Shown here: positions 39,701 to 56,199 of the stretch, piece after piece | How positions within the stretch are numbered: the stretch's first letter is position 1 | Layout: each line of letters begins with the position of its first letter | NCBI GenBank assembly: GCA_964016885.1 | Contig: OZ024741.1 | Coordinates: 209,560,001 to 209,624,000 of the forward strand | Reading direction: 5' to 3' | Origin: Eledone cirrhosa | Taxonomy: Eukaryota | Length of the DNA stretch: 64,000 bases | The notes under the pieces: model-generated | Databases searched by the model: none | Told to the model about the DNA's origin: nothing | The model's input: the letters and a program-made list of their open reading frames with translations, nothing else | Made by a program: the position numbers and the translations under genes

Positions 39701-42700
39701 TTAACTTAACCGCAACTTAACTTAACCCCAACCTAACTTAACCCCAACTTAACTTAACCGCAACTTAACTTAACCGCAACCTAACTTAACCCCAACTTAA
39801 CTTAACCGCAACTTAACTTAACCGCAACTTAGCTTAACCCCAACCCTTGGTGGGATCGATCTGTAATTACTGGTACATGTGCAGACACTCATTGGCTGTG
39901 TGTGGCCTGACTTTCAGAAAGATATCTCCGTAAAATAACGAGTGGTGGCTGCGTAAAATAATGAATTACGCACGAAAATGAGAAAATTTCGATTCTCGAT
40001 CGTGGGCCGGCCGGATGTCGCATCGATTCGTAAATAGAAGGATAATGTGCGGACACTCCTTGGCTGTGTGCGGCATGATTTTCAGGACGATATTTCCGTA
40101 AAATCAAGAGTTGATAACCCCAACTTAACTTAACCCCAACTTAACTTAACCCCAACTTAACTTAACCCCAACTTAACTTAACCGCAACTTAACTTAACCG
40201 CAACCTAACTTAACCCCAAATTAACTTAACCGCAACCTAACTTAACCACAACTTAACTTAACCGCAACTTAACTTAACCCCAACCTAACTTAACCCCAAC
40301 TTAACTTAACCGCAACTTAACTTAACCGCAACCTAACTTAACCCCAACTTAACTTAACCGCAACTTAACTTAACCGCAACTTAGCTTAACCCCAACCCTT
40401 GGTGCGATCGATCTGTAATTACTGGTACATGTGCAGACACTCATTGGCTGTGTGTGGCCTGATTTTCAGAAAGATATCTCCGTAAAATAACGAGTGGTGG
40501 CTGCGTAAAATAATGAATTACACACGAAAATGAGAAAATTTCGATTCTCGATCGTGGGCCGGCCGGATGTCGGATCGATTCGTAAATACAAGGATAATGT
40601 GCGGACACTCCTTGGCTGTGTGCGGCATGATTTTCAGGACGATATTTCCGTAAAATCAAGAGTTGATAACCCCAACTTAACTTAACCCCAACTTAACTTA
40701 ACCCCAACTTAACTTAACCGCAACCTAACTTAACCCCAACTTAACTTAACCCCAACCTAACTTAACCCCAACTTAACTTAACCGCAACTTAACTTAACCG
40801 CAACCTAACTTAACCCCAGCTTAACTTAACCGCAACTTAACTTAACCGCAACTTAGCTTAACCCCAACTCTTGGTGGGATCGATCTGTAATTACTGGTAC
40901 ATGTGCAGACACTCATTGGCTGTGTGTGGCCTGATTTTCAGAAAGATATCTCCGTAAAATAACGAGTGGTGGCTGCGTAAAATAATGAATTACGCACGAA
41001 AATGAGAAAATTTCGATTCTCGATCGTGGGCCGGCCGGATGTCGGATCGATTCGTAAATACAAGGATAATGTGCGGACACTCCTTGGCTGTGTGCGGCAT
41101 GATTTTCAGGACGATATCTCCGTAAAATCAAGAGTTGATAACCCCAACTTAACTTAACCCCAACTTAACTTAACCGCAACTTAACTTAACCGCAACCTAA
41201 CTTAACCCCAACTTAACTTAACCGCAACCTAACTTAACCCAAACTTAACTTAACCGCAACTTAACTTATCCCCAACCTAACTTAACCCCAACTTAACTTA
41301 ACCGCAACTTAACTTAACCGCAACCTAACTTAACCCCAACTTAACTTAACCGCAACTTAACCCCAACTTAGCTTAACCCCAACCCTTGGTGGGATCGATC
41401 TGTAATTACTGGTACATGTGCAGACACTCATTGGCTGTGTGTGGCCTGATTTTTAGAAAGATATCTCCGTAAAATAACGAGTGGTGGCTGCGTAAAATAA
41501 TGAATTACGCACGAAAATGAGAAAATTTCGATTCTCGATCGTGGGCCGGCCGGATGTCGGATCGATTCGTAAATACAAGGATAATGTGCGGACACTCCTT
41601 GGCTGTGTGCGGCATGATTTTCAGGACGATATCTCCGTAAAATCAAGAGTTGATAACCCCAACTTAACTTAACCCCAACTTAACTTAACCGCAACTTTAC
41701 TTAACCGCAACCTAACTTAACCCCAACTTAACTTAACCGCAACCTAACTTAACCCCAACTTAACTTAACCGCAACTTAACTTAACCCCAACCTAAATTAA
41801 CTCCAACTTAACTTAACCGCAACTTAACTTAACCGCAACCTAACTTAACCCCAACTTAATTTAACCGCAACTTAACTTAACCGCAACTTAGCTTAACCCC
41901 AGCCCTTGGTGGGATCGATCTGTAATTACTGGTACATGTGCAGACACTCATTGGCTGTGTGTGGCCTGATTTTCAGAAAGATATCTCCGTAAAATAACGA
42001 GTGGTGGCTGCGTAAAATAATGAATTACGCACGAAAATGAGAAAATTTCGATTCTCGATCGTGGGCCGGCCGGATGTCGCATCGATTCGTAAATAGAAGG
42101 ATAATGTGCGGACACTCCTTGGCTGTGTGCGGCATGATTTTCAGGACGATATTTCCGTAAAATCAAGAGTTGATAACCCCAACTTAACTTAACCCCAACT
42201 TAACTTAACCCCAACTTAACTTAACCCCAACTTAACTTAACCGCAACTTAACTTAACCGCAACCTAACTTAACCCCAACTTAACTTAACCGCAACCTAAC
42301 TTAACCACAACTTAACTTAACCGCAACTTAACTTAACCCCAACCTAACTTAACCCCAACTTAACTTAACCGCAACTTAACTTAACCGCAACCTAACTTAA
42401 CCCCAACTTAACTTAACCGCAACTTAACTTAACCGCAACTTAGCTTAACCCCAACCCTTGGTGGGATCGATCTGTAATTACTGGTACATGTGCAGACACT
42501 CATTGGCTGTGTGTGGCCTGATTTTCAGAAAGATATCTCCGTAAAATAACGAGTGGTGGCTGCGTAAAATAATGAATTACACACGAAAATGAGAAAATTT
42601 CGATTCTCGATCGTGGGCCGGCCGGATGTCGGATCGATTCGTAAATACAAGGATAATGTGCGGACACTCCTTGGCTGTGTGCGGCATGATTTTCAGGACG

Positions 42701-42979
42701 ATATCTCCGTAAAATCAAGAGTTGATAACCCCAACTTAACTTAACCCCAACTTAACTTAACCGCAACTTAACTTAACCGCAACCTAACTTAACCCCAACT
42801 TAACTTAACCGCAACCTAACTTAACCCCAACTTAGCTTAACCGCAACTTAACTTAACCCCAACCTAACTTAACCCCAACTTAACTTAACCGCAACTTAAC
42901 TTAACCGCAACCTAACTTAACCCCAACTTAACTTAACCGCAACTTAACTTAACCGCAACTTAGCTTAACCCCAACCCTT

Positions 42980-45900
42980 GGTGGGATCGATCTGTAATTA
43001 CTGGTACATGTGCAGACACTCATTGGCTGTGTGTGGCCTGATTTTCAGAAAGATATCTCCGTAAAATAACGAGTGGTGGCTGCGTAAAATAATGAATTAC
43101 GCACGAAAATGAGAAAATTTCGATTCTCGATTGTGGGCCGGCCGGATGTCGGATCGATTCGTAAATACAAGGATAATGTGCGGACACTCCTTGGCTGTGT
43201 GCGGCATGATTTTCAGGACGATATCTCCGTAAAATCAAGAGTTGATAACCCCAACTTAACTTAACCCCAACTTAACTTAACCGCAACTTAACTTAACCGC
43301 AACCTAACTTAACCCCAACTTAACTTAACCGCAACCTAACTTAACCCCAACTTAACTTAACCGCAACTTAACTTAACCCCAACCTAACTTAACCCCAACT
43401 TAACTTAACCGCAACTTAACTTAACCGCAACCTAACTTAACCCTAACTTAACTTAACCGCAACTTAACTTAACCGCAACTTAGCTTAACCCCAACCCTTG
43501 GTGGGATCGATCTGTAATTACTGGTACATGTGCAGACACTCATTGGCTGTGTGTGGCCTGATTTTCAGAAAGATATCTCCGTAAAATAACGAGTGGTGGC
43601 TGCGTAAATTAATGAATTACGCACGAAAATGAGAAAATTTCGATTCTCGATCGTGGGCCGGCCGGATGTCGGATCGATTCGTAAATACAAGGATAATGTG
43701 CGGACACTCCTTGCCTGTGTGCCGCATGATTTTCAGGACGATATCTCCGTAAAATCAAGAGTTGATAACCCCAACTTAACTTAACCCCAACTTAACTTAA
43801 CCGCAACTTAACTGAACCGCAACCTAACTTAACCCCAACTTAACTTAACCGCAACCTAACTTAACCCCAACTTAACTTAACCGCAACTTAACTTAACCCC
43901 AACCTAACTTAACTCCAACTTAACTTAACCGCAACTTAACTTAACCGCAACCTAACTTAACCCCAACTTAACTTAACCGCAACTTAACTTAACCGCAACT
44001 TAGCTTAACCCCAACCCTTGGTGGGATCGATCTGTAATTACTGGTACATGTGCAGACACTCATTGGCTGTGTGTGGCCTGATTTTCAGAAAGATATCTCC
44101 GTAAAATAACGAGTGGTGGCTGCGTAAATAATGAATTACGCACGAAAATGAGAAAGTTTCGATTCTCGATCGTGGGCCGGCCGGATGTCGGATCGATTCG
44201 TAAATACAAGGATAATGTGCGGACACTCCTTGGCTGTGTGCGGCATGATTTTCAGGACGATATCTCCGTAAAATCAAGAGTTGATAACCCCAACTTGACT
44301 TAACCGCAACTTAACTTAACCGCAACCTAACTTAACCCTAACTTAACTTAACCGCAACTTAACTTAACCGCAACTTAGCTTAACCCCAACCCTTGGTGGG
44401 ATCGATCTGTAATTACTGGTACATGTGCAGACACTCATTGGCTGTGTGTGGCCTGATTTTCAGAAAGATATCTCCGTAAAATAACGAGTGGTGGCTGCGT
44501 AAAATAATGAATTACGCACGAAAATGAGAAAATTTCGATTCTCGATCGTGGGCCGGCCGGATGTCGGATCGATTCGTAAATACAAGGATAATGTGCGGAC
44601 ACTCCTTGCCTGTGTGCCGCATGATTTTCAGGACGATTTCTCCGTAAAATCAAGAGTTGATAACCCCAACTTAACTTAACCCCAACTTAACTTAACCGCA
44701 ACTTAACTTAACCGCAACCTAACTTAACCCCAACTTAACTTAACCGCAACCTAACTTAACCCCAACTTAACTTAACCGCAACTTAACTTAACCCCAACCT
44801 AACTTAACCCCAACTTAACTTAACCGCAACTTAACTTAACCGCAACCTAACTTAACCCCAACTTAACTTAACCGCAACTTAACTTAACCGCAACTTAGCT
44901 TAACCCCAACCCTTGGTGGGATCGATCTGTAATTACTGGTACATGTGCAGACACTCATTGGCTGTGTGTGGCCTGATTTTCAGAAAGATATCTCCGTAAA
45001 ATAACGAGTGGTGGCTGCGTAAAATAATGAATTACGCACGAAAATGAGAAAATTTCGATTCTCGATCGTGGGCCGGCCGGATGTCGGATCGATTCGTAAA
45101 TACAAGGATAATGTGCGGACACTCCTTGGCTGTGTGCGGCATGATTTTCAGGACGATATCTCCGTAAAATCAAGCGTTGATAACCCCAACTTAACTTAAC
45201 CCCAACTTAACTTAACCGCAACTTAACTTAACCGCAACCTAACTTAACCCCAACTTAACTTAACCGCAACCTAACTTAACCCCAACTTAACTTAACCGCA
45301 ACTTAACTTAACCCCAACCTAACTTAACCCCAACTTAACTTAACCGCAACTTAACTTAACCGCAACCTAACTTAACCCTAACTTAACTTAACCGCAACTT
45401 AACTTAACCGCAACTTAGCTTAACCCCAACCCTTGGTGGGATCGATCTGTAATTACTGGTACATGTGCAGACACTCATTGGCTGTGTGTGGCCTGATTTT
45501 CAGAAAGATGTCTCCGTAAAATAACGAGTGGTGGCTGCGTAAATTAATGAATTACGCACGAAAATGAGAAAATTTCGATTCTCGATCGTGGGCCGGCCGG
45601 ATGTCGGATCGATTCGTAAATACAATGATAATGTGCGGACACTCCTTGCCTGTGTGCCGCATGATTTTCAGGACGATATCTCCGTAAAATCAAGAGTTGA
45701 TAACCCCAACTTAACTTAACCCCAACTTAACTTAACCGCAACTTAACTTAACCGCAACCTAACTTAACCCCAACTTAACTTAACCGCAACCTAACTTAAC
45801 CCCAACTTAACTTAACCGCAACTTAACTTAACCCCAACCTAACTTAACCCCAACTTAACTTAACCGCAACTTAACTTAACCGCAACCTAACTTAACCCCA

Positions 45901-48900
45901 ACTTAACTTAACCGCAACTTAACTTAACCGCAACTTAGCTTAACCCCAACCCTTGGTGGGATCGATCTGTAATTACTGGTACATGTGCAGACACTCATTG
46001 GCTGTGTGTGGCCTGATTTTCAGAAAGATATCTCCGTAAAATAACGAGTGGTGGCTGCGTAAAATAATGAATTACGCACGAAAATGAGAAAATTTCGATT
46101 CTCGATCGTGGGCCGGCCGGATGTCGGATCGATTCGTAAATACAAGGATAATGTGCGGACACTCCTTGGCTGTGTGCGGCATGATTTTCAGGACGATATC
46201 TCCGTAAAATCAAGAGTTGATAACCCCAACTTAACTTAACCGCAACTTAACTTAACCGCAACCTAACTTAACCCCAACTTAACTTAACCGCAACTTAACT
46301 TAACCGCAACTTAGCTTAACCCCAACCCTTGGTGGGATCGATCTGTAATTACTGGTACATGTGCAGACACTCATTGGCTGTGTGTGGCCTGATTTTCAGA
46401 AAGATATCTCCGTAAAATAACGAGTGGTGGCTGCGTAAAATAATGAATTACGCACGAAAATGAGAAAATTTCGATTCTCGATTGTGGGCCGGCCGGATGT
46501 CGGATCGATTCGTAAATACAAGGATAATGTGCGGACACTCCTTGGCTGTGTGCGGCATGATTTTCAGGACGATATCTCCGTAAAATCAAGAGTTGATAAC
46601 CCCAACTTAACTTAACCCCAACTTAACTTAACCGCAACTTAACTTAACCGCAACCTAACTTAACCCCAACTTAACTTAACCGCAACCTAACTTAACCCCA
46701 ACTTAACTTAACCGCAACTTAACTTAACCCCAACCTAACTTAACCCCAACTTAACTTAACCGCAACTTAACTTAACCGCAACCTAACTTAACCCTAACTT
46801 AACTTAACCGCAACTTAACTTAACCGCAACTTAGCTTAACCCCAACCCTTGGTGGGATCGATCTGTAATTACTGGTACATGTGCAGACACTCATTGGCTG
46901 TGTGTGGCCTGATTTTCAGAAAGATATCTCCGTAAAATAACGAGTGGTGGCTGCGTAAATTAATGAATTACGCACGAAAATGAGAAAATTTCGATTCTCG
47001 ATCGTGGGCCGGCCGGATGTCGGATCGATTCGTAAATACAAGGATAATGTGCGGACACTCCTTGCCTGTGTGCCGCATGATTTTCAGGACGATATCTCCG
47101 TAAAATCAAGAGTTGATAACCCCAACTTAACTTAACCCCAACTTAACTTAACCGCAACTTAACTGAACCGCAACCTAACTTAACCCCAACTTAACTTAAC
47201 CGCAACCTAACTTAACCCCAACTTAACTTAACCGCAACTTAACTTAACCCCAACCTAACTTAACTCCAACTTAACTTAACCGCAACTTAACTTAACCGCA
47301 ACCTAACTTAACCCCAACTTAACTTAACCGCAACTTAACTTAACCGCAACTTAGCTTAACCCCAACCCTTGGTGGGATCGATCTGTAATTACTGGTACAT
47401 GTGCAGACACTCATTGGCTGTGTGTGGCCTGATTTTCAGAAAGATATCTCCGTAAAATAACGAGTGGTGGCTGCGTAAATAATGAATTACGCACGAAAAT
47501 GAGAAAGTTTCGATTCTCGATCGTGGGCCGGCCGGATGTCGGATCGATTCGTAAATACAAGGATAATGTGCGGACACTCCTTGGCTGTGTGCGGCATGAT
47601 TTTCAGGACGATATCTCCGTAAAATCAAGAGTTGATAACCCCAACTTGACTTAACCGCAACTTAACTTAACCGCAACCTAACTTAACCCTAACTTAACTT
47701 AACCGCAACTTAACTTAACCGCAACTTAGCTTAACCCCAACCCTTGGTGGGATCGATCTGTAATTACTGGTACATGTGCAGACACTCATTGGCTGTGTGT
47801 GGCCTGATTTTCAGAAAGATATCTCCGTAAAATAACGAGTGGTGGCTGCGTAAAATAATGAATTACGCACGAAAATGAGAAAATTTCGATTCTCGATCGT
47901 GGGCCGGCCGGATGTCGGATCGATTCGTAAATACAAGGATAATGTGCGGACACTCCTTGCCTGTGTGCCGCATGATTTTCAGGACGATTTCTCCGTAAAA
48001 TCAAGAGTTGATAACCCCAACTTAACTTAACCCCAACTTAACTTAACCGCAACTTAACTTAACCGCAACCTAACTTAACCCCAACTTAACTTAACCGCAA
48101 CCTAACTTAACCCCAACTTAACTTAACCGCAACTTAACTTAACCCCAACCTAACTTAACCCCAACTTAACTTAACCGCAACTTAACTTAACCGCAACCTA
48201 ACTTAACCCCAACTTAACTTAACCGCAACTTAACTTAACCGCAACTTAGCTTAACCCCAACCCTTGGTGGGATCGATCTGTAATTACTGGTACATGTGCA
48301 GACACTCATTGGCTGTGTGTGGCCTGATTTTCAGAAAGATATCTCCGTAAAATAACGAGTGGTGGCTGCGTAAAATAATGAATTACGCACGAAAATGAGA
48401 AAATTTCGATTCTCGATCGTGGGCCGGCCGGATGTCGGATCGATTCGTAAATACAAGGATAATGTGCGGACACTCCTTGGCTGTGTGCGGCATGATTTTC
48501 AGGACGATATCTCCGTAAAATCAAGCGTTGATAACCCCAACTTAACTTAACCCCAACTTAACTTAACCGCAACTTAACTTAACCGCAACCTAACTTAACC
48601 CCAACTTAACTTAACCGCAACCTAACTTAACCCCAACTTAACTTAACCGCAACTTAACTTAACCCCAACCTAACTTAACCCCAACTTAACTTAACCGCAA
48701 CTTAACTTAACCGCAACCTAACTTAACCCTAACTTAACTTAACCGCAACTTAACTTAACCGCAACTTAGCTTAACCCCAACCCTTGGTGGGATCGATCTG
48801 TAATTACTGGTACATGTGCAGACACTCATTGGCTGTGTGTGGCCTGATTTTCAGAAAGATGTCTCCGTAAAATAACGAGTGGTGGCTGCGTAAATTAATG

Positions 48901-49680
48901 AATTACGCACGAAAATGAGAAAATTTCGATTCTCGATCGTGGGCCGGCCGGATGTCGGATCGATTCGTAAATACAATGATAATGTGCGGACACTCCTTGC
49001 CTGTGTGCCGCATGATTTTCAGGACGATATCTCCGTAAAATCAAGAGTTGATAACCCCAACTTAACTTAACCCCAACTTAACTTAACCGCAACTTAACTT
49101 AACCGCAACCTAACTTAACCCCAACTTAACTTAACCGCAACCTAACTTAACCCCAACTTAACTTAACCGCAACTTAACTTAACCCCAACCTAACTTAACC
49201 CCAACTTAACTTAACCGCAACTTAACTTAACCGCAACCTAACTTAACCCCAACTTAACTTAACCGCAACTTAACTTAACCGCAACTTAGCTTAACCCCAA
49301 CCCTTGGTGGGATCGATCTGTAATTACTGGTACATGTGCAGACACTCATTGGCTGTGTGTGGCCTGATTTTCAGAAAGATATCTCCGTAAAATAACGAGT
49401 GGTGGCTGCGTAAAATAATGAATTACGCACGAAAATGAGAAAATTTCGATTTTCGATCGTGGGCCGGCCGGATGTCGGATCGATTCGTAAATACAAGGAT
49501 AATGTGCGGACACTCCTTGGCTGTGTGCGGCATGATTTTCAGGACGATATCTCCGTAAAATCAAGAGTTGATAACCCCAACTTAACTTAACCGCAACTTA
49601 ACTTAACCGCAACCTAACTTAACCCCAACTTAACTTAACCGCAACTTAACTTAACCGCAACTTAGCTTAACCCCAACCCT
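42980..49680. repeat. 3351-bp (7-monomer) tandem duplication
   Basis: 43020/46371, 44038/47389, 44435/47786, 44955/48306 and 45995/49346 are all offset by 3351 = 520+520+375+520+520+520+376, with matching variants. Confidence 0.92.
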
Positions 49681-52600
49681 TGGTGGGATCGATCTGTAAT
49701 TACTGGTACATGTGCAGACACTCATTGGCTGTGTGTGGCCTGATTTTCAGAAAGATATCTCCGTAAAATAACGAGTGGTGGCTGCGTAAAATAATGAATT
49801 ACGCACGAAAATGAGAAAATTTCGATTCTCGATCGTGGGCCGGCCGGATGTCGGATCGATTCGTTAATACAAGGATAATGTGCGGACACTCCTTGCCTGT
49901 GTGCCGCATGATTTTCAGGACGATATCTCCGTAAAATCAAGAGTTGATAACCCCAACTTAACTTAACCCCAACTTAACTTAACCGCAACTTAACTTAACC
50001 GCAACCTAACTTAACCCCAACTTAACTTAACCGCAACCTAACTTAACCCCAACTTAACTTAACCGCAACTTAACTTAACCCCAACCTAACTTAACCCCAA
50101 CTTAACTTAACCGCAACTTAACTTAACCGCAACCTAACTTAACCCCAGCTTAACTTAACCGCAACTTAACTTAACCGCAACTTAGCTTAACCCCAACTCT
50201 TGGTGGGATCGATCTGTAATTACTGGTACATGTGCAGACACTCATTGGCTGTGTGTGGCCTGATTTTCAGAAAGATATCTCCGTAAAATAACGAGTGGTG
50301 GCTGCGTAAAATAATGAATTACGCACGAAAATGAGAAAATTTCGATTCTCGATCGTGGGCCGGCCGGATGTCGGATCGATTCGTAAATACAAGGATAATG
50401 TGCGGACACTCCTTGGCTGTGTGCGGCATGATTTTCAGGACGATATCTCCGTAAAATCAAGAGTTGATAACCCCAACTTAACTTAACCCCAACTTAACTT
50501 AACCGCAACTTAACTTAACCGCAACCTAACTTAACCCCAACTTAACTTAACCGCAACCTAACTTAACCCAAACTTAACTTAACCGCAACTTAACTTAACC
50601 CCAACCTAACTTAACCCCAACTTAACTTAACCGCAACTTAACTTAACCGCAACCTAACTTAACCCCAACTTAACTTAACCGCAACTTAACCCCAACTTAG
50701 CTTAACCCCAACCCTTGGTGGGATCGATCTGTAATTACTGGTACATGTGCAGACACTCATTGGCTGTGTGTGGCCTGATTTTTAGAAAGATATCTCCGTA
50801 AAATAACGAGTGGTGGCTGCGTAAAATAATGAATTACGCACGAAAATGAGAAAATTTCGATTCTCGATCGTGGGCCGGCCGGATGTCGGATCGATTCGTA
50901 AATACAAGGATAATGTGCGGACACTCCTTGGCTGTGTGCGGCATGATTTTCAGGACGATATCTCCGTAAAATCAAGAGTTGATAACCCCAACTTAACTTA
51001 ACCCCAACTTAACTTAACCGCAACTTAACTTAACCGCAACCTAACTTAACCCCAACTTAACTTAACCGCAACCTAACTTAACCCCAACTTAACTTAACCG
51101 CAACTTAACTTAACCCCAACCTAACTTAACCCCAACTTAACTTAACCGCAACTTAACTTAACCGCAACCTAACTTAACCCCAACTTAACTTAACCGCAAC
51201 TTAACTTAACCGCAACTTAGCTTAACCCCAACCCTTGGTGGGATCGATCTGTAATTACTGGTACATGTGCAGACACTCATTGGCTGTGTGTGGCCTGATT
51301 TTCAGAAAGATATCTCCGTAAAATAACGAGTGGTGGCTGCGTAAAATAATGAATTACGCACGAAAATGAGAAAATTTCGATTCTCGATCGTGGGCCGGCC
51401 GGATGTCGGATCGATTCGTAAATACAAGGATAATGTGCGGACACTCCTTGGCTGTGAGCCGCATGATTTTCAGGACGATATCTCCGTAAAATCAAGAGTT
51501 GATAACCCCAACTTAACTTAACCCCAACTTAACTTAACCGCAACTTAACTTAACCGCAACCTAACTTAACCCCAACTTAACTTAACCGCAACCTAACTTA
51601 ACCCCAACTTAACTTAACCGCAACTTAACTTAACCCCAACCTAACTTAACCCCAACTTAACTTAACGGCAACTTAACTTAACCGCAACCTAACTTAACCC
51701 CAACTTAACTTAACCGCAACTTAACTTAACCGCAACTTAGCTTAACCCCAACCCTTGGTGGGATCGATCTGTAATTACTGGTACATGTGCAGACACTCAT
51801 TGGCTGTGTGTGGCCTGATTTTCAGAAAGATATCTCCGTAAAATAACGAGTGGTGGCTGCGTAAAATAATGAATTACGCACGAAAATGAGAAAATTTCGA
51901 TTCTCGATCGTGGGCCGGCCGGATGTCGGATCGATTCGTAAATACAAGGATAATGTGCGGACACTCCTTGGCTGTGTGCGGCATGATTTTCAGGACGATA
52001 TCTCCGTAAAATCAAGAGTTGATAACCCCAACTTAACTTAACCCCAACTTAACTTAATCGCAACTTAACTTAACCGCAACCTAACTTAACCCCAACTTAA
52101 CTTAACCGCAACCTAACTTAACCCAAACTTAACTTAACCGCAACTTAACTTAACCCCAACCTAACTTAACCCCAACTTAACTTAACCGCAACTTAACTTA
52201 ACCGCAACCTAACTTAACCCCAACTTAACTTAACCGCAACTTAACCCCAACTTAGCTTAACCCCAACCCTTGGTGGGATCGATCTGTAATTACTGGTACA
52301 TGTGCAGACACTCATTGGCTGTGTGTGGCCTGATTTTTAGAAAGATATCTCCGTAAAATAACGAGTGGTGGCTGCGTAAAATAATGAATTACGCACGAAA
52401 ATGAGAAAATTTCGATTCTCGATCGTGGGCCGGCCGGATGTCGGATCGATTCGTAAATACAAGGATAATGTGCGGACACTCCTTGGCTGTGTGCGGCATG
52501 ATTTTCAGGACGATATCTCCGTAAAATCAAGAGTTGATAACCCCAACTTAACTTAACCCCAACTTAACTTAACCGCAACTTTACTTAACCGCAACCTAAC

Positions 52601-55600
52601 TTAACCCCAACTTAACTTAACCGCAACCTAACTTAGCCCCAACTTAACTTAACCCCAACTTAACTTAACCCCAACCTAACTTAACCCCAACTTAACTTAA
52701 CCGCAACTTAACTTAACCGCAACCTAACTTAACCCCAACTTAAATTAACCGCAACTTAACTTAACCGCAACTTAGCTTAACCCCAACCCTTGGTGGGATC
52801 GATCTGTAATTACTGGTACATGTGCAGACACTCATTGGCTGTGTGTGGCCTGATTTTCAGAAAGATATCTCCGTAAAATAACGAGTGGTGGCTGCGTAAA
52901 ATAATGAATTACGCACGAAAATGAGAAAATTTCGATTCTCGATCGTGGGCCGGCCGGATGTCGGATCGATTCGTAAATACAAGGATAATGTGCGGACACT
53001 CCTTGGCTGTGTGCGGCATGATTTTCAGGACGATATCTCCGTAAAATCAAGAGTTGATAACCCCAACTTAACTTAACCCCAACTTAACTTAACCGCAACT
53101 TAACTTAACCGCAACCTAACTTAACCCCAACTTAACTTAACCGCAACCTAACTTAACCCCAACTTAACTTAACCGCAACTTAACTTAACCCCAACTTAAC
53201 TTAACCCCAACTTAACTTAACCGCAACTTAACTTAACCGCAACCTAACTTAACCCCAACTTAACTTAACCGCAACTTAACTTAACCGCAACTTAGCTTAA
53301 CCCCAACCCTTGGTGGGATCGATCTGTAATTACTGGTATATGTGCAGACACTCATTGGCTGTGTGGCCTGATTTTCAGAAAGATATCTCCGTAAAATAAC
53401 GAGTGGTGGCTGCGTAAAATAATGAATTACGCACGAAAATGAGAAAATTTCCATTCTCGATCGTGGGCCGGCCGGATGTCGGATCGATTCGTAAATACAA
53501 GGATAATGTGCGGACACTCCTTGGCTGTGTGCGGCATGATTTTCAGGACGATATCTCCGTAAAATCAAGAGTTGATAACCCCAACTTAACTTAACCCCAA
53601 CTTAACTTAACCGCAACTTAACTTAACCGCAACCTAACTTAACCCCAACTTAACTTAACCGCAACCTAACTTAACCCCAACTTAACTTAACCGCAACTTA
53701 ACTTAACCCCAACCTAACTTAACCCCAACTTAACTTAACCGCAACTTAACTTAACCGCAACCTAACTTAACCCCAACTTAACTTAACCGCAACTTAACTT
53801 AACCGCAACTTAGCTTAACCCCAACCCTTGGTGGGATCGATCTGTAATTACTGGTACATGTGCAGACACTCATTGGCTGTGTGTGGCCTGATTTTCAGAA
53901 AGATATCTCCGTAAAATAACGAGTGGTGGCTGCGTAAAATAATGAATTACGCACGAAAATGAGAAAATTTCGATTCTCGATCGTGGGCCGGCCGGATGTC
54001 GCATCGATTCGTAAATAGAAGGATAATGTGCGGACACTCCTTGGCTGTGTGCGGCATGATTTTCAGGACGATATTTCCGTAAAATCAAGAGTTGATAACC
54101 CCAACTTAACTTAACCCCAACTTAACTTAACCCCAACTTAACTTAACCCCAACTTAACTTAACCGCAACTTAACTTAACCGCAACCTAACTTAACCCCAA
54201 CTTAACTTAACCGCAACCTAACTTAACCACAACTTAACTTAACCGCAACTTAACTTAACCCCAACCTAACTTAACCCCAACTTAACTTAACCGCAACTTA
54301 ACTTAACCGCAACCTAACTTAACCCCAACTTAACTTAACCGCAACTTAACTTAACCGCAACTTAGCTTAACCCCAACCCTTGGTGGGATCGATCTGTAAT
54401 TACTGGTACATGTGCAGACACTCATTGGCTGTGTGTGGCCTGATTTTCAGAAAGATATCTCCGTAAAATAACGAGTGGTGGCTGCGTAAAATAATGAATT
54501 ACACACGAAAATGAGAAAATTTCGATTCTCGATCGTGGGCCGGCCGGATGTCGGATCGATTCGTAAATACAAGGATAATGTGCGGACACTCCTTGGCTGT
54601 GTGCGGCATGATTTTCAGGACGATATCTCCGTAAAATCAAGAGTTGATAACCCCAACTTAACTTAACCCCAACTTAACTTAACCGCAACTTAACTTAACC
54701 GCAACCTAACTTAACCCCAACTTAACTTAACCGCAACCTAACTTAACCCCAACTTAGCTTAACCGCAACTTAACTTAACCCCAACCTAACTTAACCCCAA
54801 CTTAACTTAACCGCAACTTAACTTAACCGCAACCTAACTTAACCCCAACTTAACTTAACCGCAACTTAACTTAACCGCAACTTAGCTTAACCCCAACCCT
54901 TGGTGGGATCGATCTGTAATTACTGGTACATGTGCAGACACTCATTGGCTGTGTGTGGCCTGATTTTCAGAAAGATATCTCCGTAAAATAACGAGTGGTG
55001 GCTGCGTAAAATAATGAATTACGCACGAAAATGAGAAAATTTCGATTCTCGATTGTGGGCCGGCCGGATGTCGGATCGATTCGTAAATACAAGGATAATG
55101 TGCGGACACTCCTTGGCTGTGTGCGGCATGATTTTCAGGACGATATCTCCGTAAAATCAAGAGTTGATAACCCCAACTTAACTTAACCCCAACTTAACTT
55201 AACCGCAACTTAACTTAACCGCAACCTAACTTAACCCCAACTTAACTTAACCGCAACCTAACTTAACCCCAACTTAACTTAACCGCAACTTAACTTAACC
55301 CCAACCTAACTTAACCCCAACTTAACTTAACCGCAACTTAACTTAACCGCAACCTAACTTAACCCTAACTTAACTTAACCGCAACTTAACTTAACCGCAA
55401 CTTAGCTTAACCCCAACCCTTGGTGGGATCGATCTGTAATTACTGGTACATGTGCAGACACTCATTGGCTGTGTGTGGCCTGATTTTCAGAAAGATATCT
55501 CCGTAAAATAACGAGTGGTGGCTGCGTAAATTAATGAATTACGCACGAAAATGAGAAAATTTCGATTCTCGATCGTGGGCCGGCCGGATGTCGGATCGAT

Positions 55601-56199
55601 TCGTAAATACAAGGATAATGTGCGGACACTCCTTGCCTGTGTGCCGCATGATTTTCAGGACGATATCTCCGTAAAATCAAGAGTTGATAACCCCAACTTA
55701 ACTTAACCCCAACTTAACTTAACCGCAACTTAACTGAACCGCAACCTAACTTAACCCCAACTTAACTTAACCGCAACCTAACTTAACCCCAACTTAACTT
55801 AACCGCAACTTAACTTAACCCCAACCTAACTTAACTCCAACTTAACTTAACCGCAACTTAACTTAACCGCAACCTAACTTAACCCCAACTTAACTTAACC
55901 GCAACTTAACTTAACCGCAACTTAGCTTAACCCCAACCCTTGGTGGGATCGATCTGTAATTACTGGTACATGTGCAGACACTCATTGGCTGTGTGTGGCC
56001 TGATTTTCAGAAAGATATCTCCGTAAAATAACGAGTGGTGGCTGCGTAAATAATGAATTACGCACGAAAATGAGAAAGTTTCGATTCTCGATCGTGGGCC
56101 GGCCGGATGTCGGATCGATTCGTAAATACAAGGATAATGTGCGGACACTCCTTGGCTGTGTGCGGCATGATTTTCAGGACGATATCTCCGTAAAATCAA

